From Gemmata obscuriglobus (GTDB lineage: Bacteria; Planctomycetota; Planctomycetia; Gemmatales; Gemmataceae): DNA of 32,000 nucleotides. Both the position numbers and the translations under genes were made by a program. This document shows positions 1 through 7,590 of the stretch, one piece after another (positions within the stretch are counted from its first letter, which is position 1; every line of letters starts with the position of its first letter). The stretch covers positions 3,930,001-3,962,000 of the forward strand of contig NZ_CP042911.1 in NCBI RefSeq assembly GCF_008065095.1, in the 5' to 3' direction. Below the pieces are notes generated by a model, which had not been told where the DNA came from, did not search any database, and saw nothing but the letters and a program-made list of their open reading frames with translations.

Positions 1-88
1 GGGGCTCCGACAGTGGAGGCGTGGTAACCACCATTGACCGGTAAACCCATGCGGCCCGCTACTCATAAATCGCCCAACTTGAAACTAC
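1..88 (-). mobile_element. Terminal 88 bp (5' leader + IR) of ISH3-like IS, copy 1; the rest of the element lies off the left edge
   Basis: Matches 28684..28771 of the complete copy (27517..28773) base for base by eye. The last 2 bp of its IR (tg) are displaced to 1571..1572 by the insertion at 89..1564. Confidence 0.85.
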
Positions 89-1564
89 CTGTACTTTCCG
101 CGAATTTGTAGGTCGGGAGGTGATGGTGGGTTCGGAGTAGACGAGTGCCGGCCCGTCCGGGAGGATGGCGTTACCACACGACCAGCCACCCCGAACGGAC
201 ACGGCCATGCCATCTGCGCATACTCCGTCCCCGCGTTGCCACTGGTTTTCGGTTCTGGCCGGGGCACTGGATCGGCGCTCGGGTCGGCGGTTGGCGGCCC
301 TGTTCCTGGGTGTGCTGCTGGCCCGCGGGCGGCACGCCCTGAGTTGCTGGATTCGGGCGGCCGGATTATCGTCCCAATACCGCCGCTGTTACCCCACCGC
401 GGCCGCGGTCGGGCGCCGGGTCGAGCGCATCGCGACCCGGTTGTTGGTCGAGATCCTCAAGCCCCTGGTGACCGGGCCGCGGGTGGTGCTGGCGTTGGAC
501 GACACACCGACCGCCCGGTACGGACCGAAGGTACAAGGGGCCGGGGTGCATCACAACCCGACACCCGGGCCGGCCGGGAGCGCATTCGTGTACGGGCACG
601 TGTGGGTGGTGCTCGGGTTGCTGGTGGCGCATCCACTGGGTGGGGTCGTGGCTCTGCCCCTGTTGGCCCGGTTGTACATCCGGAAGGCGAACCTGGGCGC
701 GGTGCGGGCGACCGATCGGCCCCGGTTCGCCACCAAGCTGGCGATGGCCGTTGACCTGGTGCGGTGGGCGCACGGATGGCTGAAGATGTGGGGCATGGCG
801 GTGTGGGTGGTGGCCGACGGGGCGTACGCCCAGGGGCCGGTGCTGAAGCCGCTGCGGAAGCTCGGGGTGACGGTGGTGAGCCGGCTCCGCCGGGATGCGG
901 CCCTGTGCTCGTTACCGCCCGCGCGGGAGCCCGGGCTGCGCGGGCGCCCGCGGGTGTACGGAACGGCACGGATCTCGTTGGCCAAGCGGGCCGGGCACAA
1001 CGGCGGGTGGAGCACCGGCACGTTCACCGTGTATGGGAAGACCGTCGAGAAGCGGTACAAGACGTTCGTGGCCACCTGGCGCCCGGCCGGTGGGGCGATC
1101 CGGGTGGTGCTGGTGGACGAGCCCCACGGATGGGTCGCGTTCTTCAGCACCGACCCGGGCGCGACGGTGACCGACATCTTGGAACGGGTGGCCGACCGGT
1201 TCACCCTGGAGACGTGCTTCCGGGATCTCAAACAAGTCGCCGGGACGGGCCAGCAACAGGTGCGCGGGGTGCCGTCGAACGTCGGGTGCTTCCACCTGTG
1301 TGCATGGGCGCACACCCTGACCGAGGTGTGGGCCTGGGCTCGGAACGCGGACGAGTTGGTGGGGCACCGGTCCGCGTCCCCGTGGGACGATCCGAGCCGG
1401 CGCCCGAGTCACGCGGACAAGCGCCGGGCCTGGCAACACGAGCTGTTGGCCGAGGAGATTCGGGCCGTTGTGGGCGAGCACCACGACCACACGAAAATCC
1501 GCGACCTCGCCTACCGGTGCTTGGACTTGGCCGCGTGAGCACGGCTGATTCGCGGAAAGTACAG
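89..1564 (+). mobile_element. Complete IS, 1476 bp, IS701-like (IS4 superfamily)
   Basis: Perfect 17-bp terminal IR: ctgtactttccgcgaat (89..105) and attcgcggaaagtacag (1548..1564). 6-bp direct repeat aactac at 83..88 and 1565..1570. One intact transposase ORF. Confidence 0.85.
165..1538 (+). CDS. DDE transposase (IS701-family-like)
   Basis: 457-aa uninterrupted ORF with ATG start. Motifs: ..LALDDTPTARYGPKVQGAGVHHNP.., ..VVADGAYA.., ..FTLETCFRDLKQ... It sits between the IRs above. Confidence 0.85.
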   Translation: MALPHDQPPRTDTAMPSAHTPSPRCHWFSVLAGALDRRSGRRLAALFLGVLLARGRHALSCWIRAAGLSSQYRRCYPTAAAVGRRVERIATRLLVEILKPLVTGPRVVLALDDTPTARYGPKVQGAGVHHNPTPGPAGSAFVYGHVWVVLGLLVAHPLGGVVALPLLARLYIRKANLGAVRATDRPRFATKLAMAVDLVRWAHGWLKMWGMAVWVVADGAYAQGPVLKPLRKLGVTVVSRLRRDAALCSLPPAREPGLRGRPRVYGTARISLAKRAGHNGGWSTGTFTVYGKTVEKRYKTFVATWRPAGGAIRVVLVDEPHGWVAFFSTDPGATVTDILERVADRFTLETCFRDLKQVAGTGQQQVRGVPSNVGCFHLCAWAHTLTEVWAWARNADELVGHRSASPWDDPSRRPSHADKRRAWQHELLAEEIRAVVGEHHDHTKIRDLAYRCLDLAA

Positions 1565-1572
1565 AACTACTG

Positions 1573-1909
1573 TATGTGGTTGCGAAGCGGAAGGTGACCA
1601 TCGACGACCTCTCGACGGCGCAGTTCTGCACGGACTGGCATCGTCAGTTGGCCGCGCTCAAGGAGTTGGTCGAGGTGTCGATGATCGTGTCCCTGATCCC
1701 GACGGATCAGACGGCAGAGAGTGTGGGAACGTTGTTGGATCAGTTATTGGGCACGATGTGGAAGCCGGGCTGGGACAAGACACGCAACAAGGCGCCCCGT
1801 GCCCACCCGCACGCCGCGAAACAGAAGGGGGCACACACCTCCGTCCAACGGCGTCGACAAGCCCACAAGCCCAACGAGGATCCCTGAACTCAGTTGTGCA
1901 CAGCACTGG
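1573..1909 (+). mobile_element. 337-bp 3' fragment of the IS that is complete at 24806..26404
   Basis: Identical by eye to 26068..26404. The ORF-track translations of 1576..1887 and the C-terminus of 24937..26382 are identical. It ends at the same ..gtgcacagcactgg terminus. Confidence 0.9.
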
Positions 1910-2230
1910 GGTCAAGCTCTGGCGGACTTCGCCGGGTGGGCCGACCCGGACCGGCGCAAGGTGCTCGTGTTCATCTTGGACGGTTCGCGCGGACACACGG
2001 CCAAGGGGCTCCGCGTGCCGCCCAACGTGGTGCTCCATCGTCAGCCGAGTTGCACCCCGGAGCTCCAACCCGCCGAGCACTTGTGGCCACTCGTCCGCGA
2101 GGGACGAGCCAACCGGGTGTTCGACGACCGGAATGGGCGGACCGCGACGCTGACTACCCGGCGCCAGTGGCTCATGGCCCCCCGCGGTTGTCGGCCGGGC
2201 CGTCGAGTTTTACTGCGCCGTCGCCGCCTG
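1910..2230 (+). pseudogene. IS630-family transposase, C-terminal remnant
   Basis: Frame of ORF 1721..2281 reads ..RKVLVFILDGSRGHTAKGLRVPPNVVLHRQPSCTPELQPAEHLWPLVRE..ANRVF... This is the DDE_3 pattern (LDN..H.., P.YSPELNPIE.LW). There is no N-terminal part and the frame is lost downstream. Confidence 0.55.
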
Positions 2231-2253
2231 ACAGTTACGGATCAATCGGATTT

Positions 2254-2798
2254 CAGTAGTTTCAAGTTGGCGGCGATTTAGGAATAGCGGGCCGCATGGG
2301 TTTGCCGGTTAATGGTGGTTACCACGCCTCCATTTCCGGAGCCCCCCATGCGGCCCACGAATCAGTCGATCCGAGGAACCCCGGGTCACGCCAAGGTGCA
2401 TCCGCGCCCGGTGCTCACGGACTGGCTCGGTCGTGCCGTTCCATTACCCAAGCGGCGCCCCACGTGCACCCCGGAGGTGGTGTGGCGGGTGATCCTGTTC
2501 GCGGCCGCGTTCGCCCGGTCGGTCGCGGCCGCGTGCGCCGCCGTGGCCCAGGCCCCGTCCGGGCGAGCCGTTTGGGACGGCTTGTACCTGCTGGCCCGGC
2601 CCAACCGGCGGCGGACCCTCGAGCGGTGGTTGCTCCCGGCCCTCCACGCCCCGCTCGGGGCGCGCAAGCGGACGGCCCATGTGGCCATTGACTACCACCG
2701 GATCGGGTTACTTCGGGAAACCCAACCGGGATACCACCCGGTCCAAGGAGGCGGGCGGCCCCCACAACTTCCACACGTACGCCACCGCATGTCTCGTC
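2254..2798 (+). mobile_element. ISH3-like IS copy 2 (diverged), 3'-truncated; transposase pseudogene from ATG 2348
   Basis: Starts with the IR cagtagtttcaagttggcgg. Translation MRPTNQSIRGTPGH..VLTDWLGRAV..VAIDYHRIG parallels the 27525..28682 protein, then frameshifts. It is cut at 2798 by the IS3 left end. Confidence 0.8.
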
Positions 2799-2865
2799 TG
2801 AAGTTCCCCACGAATGGTGGACAGTGGGAAAGCGGTGTAAACTCTGAACAGAAGGAGACACACCG

Positions 2866-3162
2866 ATGGCTGGCACGCGCAAGGTGTACACGGCGGAGTT
2901 CAAGCTCTCAGCCGTCCAGATGATTACCGAGCAGAAGCTCTCCGTGGCCGAGGTGGCACGCCGCCTCGGGGTCACCGAGAACCGGCTCCACGACGGGAAG
3001 AAGGGGGTCCTCAAGAAGGGTGCCGAGGCGTTCCCGGGATCGGGGCACCTGACCCCGGTCGAAGAAGAGCTGCGACAACTCCGGGCCGACGTCAAGCGAC
3101 TGGAGATGGAGCGCGACATCCTCAACAAAGCCACGGCGTTCTTCGTCACCCAGATGAACTGA
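2866..3162 (+). CDS. IS3-family transposase OrfA (HTH)
   Basis: 98 aa: MAGTRKVYTAEFKLSAVQMI..VAEVARRLGV..LRQLRADVKRLEMERDILNKATAFF. Typical IS3 orfA with a leucine-zipper end. Confidence 0.9.
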   Translation: MAGTRKVYTAEFKLSAVQMITEQKLSVAEVARRLGVTENRLHDGKKGVLKKGAEAFPGSGHLTPVEEELRQLRADVKRLEMERDILNKATAFFVTQMN

Positions 3163-3206
3163 CCTTCGCCGGGATCGAGGAACGCAAGGCCGCGTGGCCC
3201 ATCGCG

Positions 3207-4037
3207 TTGATGTGCCGGGTGCTGGGGGTGTCGCGGTCCGGGTTCTACGCGTGGCGGTCGCGGGAGCCCAGTGCCGCCGAGGTCCGACGCGAGGAGTTGA
3301 CCGAAGAGGTGAAGGCCATTCACGCCCAGGTGAAGGCCCGGTACGGGAGCCCGCGCATCCACGCCGAGCTGGCGGCGAACGGGCGCGCGTGCAGCGTGAA
3401 CTTCGTGGCCCGGGTGATGCGCGAGGCCGGGATTGCCGCGAAAACCAAACGCAAGTTCCGTCAGACGACGGACTCCAACCACGGGTTGCCGGTGGCCGAG
3501 AACGTGTTGGCTCGGGCGTTCGACCCGGACGAGCCGAACACGCGCTGGTGTGCCGACATCACATACATCCCGACCCGCGAGGGGTGGCTGTACCTGGCGG
3601 TCGTGGAAGACCTGTTCCGCCGCCGGATCGTGGGCGGGTCGATGGATCCGACGAGGACCCGTCGGTTGGTGGTGGACGCGCTGGAGATGGCCCTGGCCCG
3701 TCGTCTCCAGGGGGCTTCGCCTTCGGCTCTGGTGGCGCACTCGGATCGTGGCAGTCAGTACGCCCGCGAGCATTATCAGCGTCGGTTGCGCGAGGAGCGG
3801 ATCGCGTGCAGTATGAGCGGTGTGGGTCAGTGCTGGGATAATGCGGCCATGGAGTCGTTCTTCGCAAGCCTCAAGAAGGAACTGGTTCACGACGAGGACT
3901 ACGCCACCCGCGATGAAGCCAAGGCGAGCATCGTCGAGTACATCGAGGCGTTCGACAACCGCGTCCGCCGGCACTCATCGCTGGGCGACGTTGCCCCAGA
4001 TGAGTACGAACGAACGCACAACCAAACCCACCGCTAG
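3207..4037 (+). CDS. IS3-family transposase OrfB (DDE integrase core)
   Basis: Frame is -1 relative to orfA and is open from about 3120. Motifs: ..NTRWCADITYIPT..LYLAVVEDLFRRRIVG.., ..HSDRGSQY.., ..CWDNAAMESFFASLKKE... Confidence 0.9.
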   Translation: MMCRVLGVSRSGFYAWRSREPSAAEVRREELTEEVKAIHAQVKARYGSPRIHAELAANGRACSVNFVARVMREAGIAAKTKRKFRQTTDSNHGLPVAENVLARAFDPDEPNTRWCADITYIPTREGWLYLAVVEDLFRRRIVGGSMDPTRTRRLVVDALEMALARRLQGASPSALVAHSDRGSQYAREHYQRRLREERIACSMSGVGQCWDNAAMESFFASLKKELVHDEDYATRDEAKASIVEYIEAFDNRVRRHSSLGDVAPDEYERTHNQTHR

Positions 4038-4066
4038 AACCTGTCTACTTTTCGTGGGGAACTTCA

Positions 4067-5010
4067 CCATGCCCGATACCCCGGAGAACCAGAACCAGTA
4101 CCCGCACCCGGGCTCGCAAGCCGACGGCATCGGGTTCCCCCAGATCCGGTTGGTCGCCCTGTTCTGCCTGGCCTGTGGGACCGTTCTCGATGCGGCCCTG
4201 GGCCCAAGTCGGGGCAAGCAATCGGGCGAGACGGTCTTACTGCGTCAGATCGCCGGGAGCGTCGGGTCCGGGACCGTGCTCCTCGTGGACCGGTACTTCG
4301 GGGGCTGGTTCGACATGGCCTTGTGGCGGGAGCGGGGCGTCGACGTGGTGACCCGGATCCACCAGAAGTGAGCCACGGACTTCCGCCGGGGCCGGCGGTT
4401 GGGCCGTGACGACCACGTGGTGCGGTGGCCCAAGAGGCAACGCCCGGAGTGGATGGATCGCGACACGTACCTGCGGTTGCCGGACGAGTTGGAGATCCGT
4501 GAGGTGCGGGTGCGGGTGCCGGTGCGCGGGTTCCGGACCCGCGTGCTGGTGGTCGCCACGACCCTGACGGACCCGTCGATCCGGGCCACGGATCTGGGGG
4601 ATCTATACCGCCAGAGGTGGCACATCGAGGTGGACCTGAGGAGCGTCCAGGTGACGTTGGGAATGGACGTGCTGCGGTGCAAGACGCCGGCCCTCGTGCG
4701 GAAGGAGGTGTGGGCCCATCTGCTGGCCTACAACCTGATCCGCACGGCCATGGCTCAGGTGGCTCAGGCCTCGGAACGCCGGCCACGCGAGTTAAGTGTG
4801 GCCGGCACGGTGCAGGCGCTGGCCGCGTTTGCCGAGGTGTTGGATACGGAGGCCGGGTATCAGGCGTTCGTCTGCGTGGTCCTGGCGTACCCGGTGGGCG
4901 ATCGCCCCGACCGATTCGAACCCCGGGCACGCAAACGACGGCCCAAGCCCTACCCACCACTCACCGTACCCAGAGACCAAGCCCGAAAAAGGCTCGGTCG
5001 CTCGATTTAA
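4067..5010 (+). pseudogene. IS4-family transposase, 5'-truncated, with an in-frame stop
   Basis: ..QYPHPGSQADGIGFPQIRLVALFCLACG..LLVDRYFGGW..GVDVVTRIHQK*ATDFRRGRRLG..DLYRQRWHIEVDLRSVQ... TGA at 4369..4371 is in the same frame as both halves. The N-terminus was removed at the IS3 right end (4066). Confidence 0.8.
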
Positions 5011-5048
5011 GAACTCAGGAAGTGCCATTCAGATCAATCGGATTCGGT

Positions 5049-5147
5049 ATCACACACCTCACGCACGTGCGCCTCGAAGGCGGCCACACCCTTCGGATTC
5101 GCGTTGAGCCAGTACCGGCTCTTGTGCGGTTGAAGTTCCGCCGCCTT
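5049..5147 (-). pseudogene. IS630-family transposase internal fragment
   Basis: Minus-strand translation KAAELQPHKSRYWLNANPKGVAAFEAHVREVCD resembles the ..LKPH..KYWLN....F...V..VC.. segment of IS630-type transposases. It is bounded by other elements on both sides. Confidence 0.35.
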
Positions 5148-5226
5148 TTAAAAAGGGTGTAACCGGTCGGGCTCTCGGAGGGAAGTTCAACAGCTTCAGG
5201 CACTTGCGTATTTGTCGATGGCGTTA

Positions 5227-6536
5227 GGGACTCGGCAAAAAATAACTATCCCAACGGAGGCAGTTCGTGGCCAGGGATGTCCACGAACCAATCGTTGAGA
5301 TCCGGCAGCCGATGAACCTCGTCTTCGACCTGCGCCATTTCCTTTTTCGTCAAGCGGACGCCCTTCGGGTAGGCATCGGTCAGTACCTCAACGGTGGGAT
5401 GCTTGCCGCCCCAGGTCATCGACCGGGCGAACCCGAGGACCGCTTCGCGGGTGTCTAACAGATCTCCGCCCCAGTGGTTCTCGAGTACCCCCCAGCAGTG
5501 CTCGATCGGGTTGTACTTGCTGTGGTAGGGCGGGTAATACGCCAGCCGCACGAGCCGCCTCCGCTGACGCGCCAAGGCCACCATCCTCTTGAGGAACTGG
5601 GTTCGCCGGCCTTTGTTCTCCGGCCCGTTGTCTTGGTTGATGACCAGTGTCCGGACCCGCGGGAAGCGCGGCTGGTGCTGTACCCACCAGCGGTCCAGGA
5701 TGTCCACGATGAAATCGCTCGTCACCCGCGACGTCGTGAAGTACAGCCACAGGTCGCTGTCACGCGGCAGCAACAGCCCGTAGGGTGTCAGGACCTCTTC
5801 GGCCCGGAAGTCGTGGTCCGCGGCCTTCGTTCGTACTCGGTTCTTGCCCTTGCGCGAGTACGCCCCCACCTGAACACCGGCTTTCGCGTCCAGCGACAGC
5901 CGCAGCGTGTCGGCACTAGCGTCGGCCTGCGGGTTGATCTCCTTCAGCCGTGCGAAGATGGCATCGGTCTGGGGGATCTTTTTTTGGGCACGCACTTGAG
6001 AACCTTGGTCGGGTGGAACCCGAGGTCGTTGAGCTTGGTGCGGAGGGTTCGCGCCTGGGGCAACTGGTCCGCGCGGTACCCCTTCGTGGCGACCAGCTGA
6101 CGCCGCACTTCTTCGGCCGTCAGCCGGGTATACAGGCGCAGGGTGCGGAACCGCGGGTCCGCCTGGCTCTGGCTGGTGACGAGGTCCCGGATGTCGGCCA
6201 GCAGGTCGGGCAATCGGTCCTCGGCACGGTGCCGGCCTCGCGCCGAGAACGCGTCGCGGGCCACGACGCCCGAGTTCAGTTCCCGCATGCCCTTGCGGAT
6301 GGTGACCCGGTTCCACCCGAACGCCTCTTCGGCTCGGCGTTGACCGCCGGGACCCAACGCACGCACCACCCGGGCCATGAACAACCGTCGTTGCGCCCCG
6401 CGCAGATCGTTCGCCGCCTCGATCAACGCGGGCGTGAGTGTCTCGCCGAACGGAATCACAGCGACCTCCTGCGGGTACCACCGAGAAGGTCATCCTACGA
6501 TACGAGACTTGGGATAGTTATTTTTTGCCGAGTCCC
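5227..6536 (-). mobile_element. ISAzo13-family IS, copy 1, 1310 bp
   Basis: Perfect 28-bp terminal IR (5227..5254 and 6509..6536). TTA occurs on both sides (5224..5226, 6537..6539). The uninterrupted target is visible in MITE copy B (TTA at 9138..9140). Confidence 0.9.
5246..6459 (-). CDS. ISAzo13-family transposase, two frames joined by a -1 shift at an A7 run
   Basis: The N-terminal frame runs from 6459 (MIPFGETLTPALIEAAN..) to ..VPKK. The DDE frame reads ..KKIPQTDAIFARLKE..LINQDNGPEN..YPPYHSKYNPIEHCWG.. and ends at 5246. The junction is at CCC AAA AAA AGA (T7 on the plus strand, 5979..5985). Confidence 0.8.
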
Positions 6537-7040
6537 TTACTTGGTGGGCCTGGGATGTTGTTGGATTTCAGCGCTGCAACCCTGCGGAATCCAGGCGAAG
6601 CATGTCGGTGAGTACGGGCGCTACGAGCGGAGCGAAATCCGGAGCCCCGCCCGAATGCCCCGGTTCGGTCATGGAAGACGACGCCGAGCGGGAAAATCCC
6701 TTTGAAAACGTTGCTTTCCGCGAGAGCCCGACCGGTTACACCCTCACCATTTCCGGACTCAGTGCAACCGGCCCGTGAATGATCTGCATTCTTTCGCCCA
6801 TTACCGCGCAACCGAGCGGACAAGGGGTTATAATCGTGTTTGTGAAAGATAAATTGATAATTATTAATTGTGACTGGAATTGAAGACGATAATCAGTTAG
6901 AGAAGGCAATTGACCCGGCGCAGCGAGTATTCTCCTGATCCCCGCCCACTTCGCGGCTTCTCCGTGCGGATAAACATGAGCCGCTGGCGCCGCCGAGGTG
7001 GGCGATCGGCGGGCACGACACTGCGGCGGCTTCCACCGTG

Positions 7041-7136
7041 CTACTTTTTGGGGGCGGCAGGCTTCGCCGGCGCAGCCTTCGCGCTCTTCTTCGGCTTCTT
7101 GGTTTCTTTCTTCTGGGAGTTGTTACCTTTGCCCAC
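7041..7136 (-). CDS. Possible 31-aa lysine-rich small protein
   Basis: GTG start 9 nt after GAGG. Sequence (M)GKGNNSQKKETKKPKKSAKAAPAKPAAPKK*. High GC at third positions. Too short for the ORF track. The antisense ORF 6910..7164 has equally high GC3, so strand and reality are uncertain. Confidence 0.3.
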   Translation of the reverse strand: MGKGNNSQKKETKKPKKSAKAAPAKPAAPKK

Positions 7137-7490
7137 GGCAGATACCTCAGTTCGGAGTAAGTGACCTACTCGATGCTATACGACGCGAGGTGTGTCTGCG
7201 GAAGTTGGGTCATTGCTTTCTAAAGGGTTTTGATCGCCCCTTCACTTCCCGCCCCGGGCCAACTCAGTTCGTCCGTCTACCGGTTCTCCCGACGGGTTGT
7301 GGGAGAACCCTTGCTGTCCTGCCGGGTTATAAACCGTTCTCTGATAACCGCGCCTCGTGCGCCCGCGCTGGCTTTCGTTCGGATGAGATGCGTGTTTCAC
7401 CCATTCATTGGTATGTTGCTGCTAAACCCGATAGCTTTCGCTGTTCCGTCAAACCTCAGTTAGGCGGCGTGTCTGGGAGATTTCTTCGTC

Positions 7491-7526
7491 GAGAAAAACG
7501 GCGGCAGAGGGCGGTGAAGCCCTCTG
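7491..7526 (-). terminator. Putative intrinsic terminator downstream of the YsnF-like gene
   Basis: Minus strand reads cagaggg-cttcaccg-ccctctg (stem 7505..7511 and 7520..7526), followed by ccgccgTTTTTctc. Confidence 0.4.
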
Positions 7527-7590
7527 GTTCGCAGTGCCCGTGTTTGAGTTCATGCGTTACCTGGTAGCGACGGCTTGCCGAGTAAAGGCG

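Larger units (their letters stand above)
2799..4066 (+). mobile_element. IS3-family IS, copy 1, 1268 bp
   Basis: Perfect 16-bp terminal IR: tgaagttccccacgaa (2799..2814) and ttcgtggggaacttca (4051..4066), with TG..CA ends. orfA and orfB are in the -1 arrangement. No matching direct repeat in the flanks. Confidence 0.9.
5155..6743. mobile_element. MITE copy A (276 bp without its insert), split by the ISAzo13-like IS
   Basis: 5155..5226 plus 6540..6743 align with 9069..9344, with 7 differences by eye. The ends gggtgtaaccggtcgggctctc and gagagcccgaccggttacaccc are a perfect 22-bp IR. Confidence 0.75.

Noticed and set aside
2415-3974. 519-aa minus-strand ORF. Similar long 'shadow' ORFs include 4064..4960(-), 16703..17629(-), 21880..23052(+), 22244..22969(-), 24865..26136(-) and 27679..28749(-).
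   Set aside because: Each is antisense to, or out of frame with, a gene that has clear family motifs. Their translations are Arg/Pro/Gly/Ala-rich and low in complexity. This is the usual stop-codon-poor artefact of GC-rich DNA.
6518-6823. 101-aa and 81-aa minus-strand ORFs inside the two MITE copies (6518..6823 and 9110..9355).
   Set aside because: The nucleotide differences between the two copies that fall in the shared ORF region change the amino acid (S/F, A/S, N/K). There is no start context, and the ORFs run across the IR and the IS junction. It behaves as non-coding repeat DNA.
6910-7164. 84-aa plus-strand ORF with a hydrophobic tail.
   Set aside because: Its N-terminal half is Arg-rich junk starting at a TTG, and the hydrophobic tail is simply the complement of the Lys-rich codons. 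I slightly prefer the minus-strand small ORF, but neither is proven.
7282-7309. 9-bp-stem hairpin ggttctccc-N10-gggagaacc in the 450-bp non-coding stretch 7137..7590.
   Set aside because: There is no U-tract on either strand and I recognise no riboswitch or sRNA class. An isolated 9-bp stem in GC-rich DNA is weak evidence.
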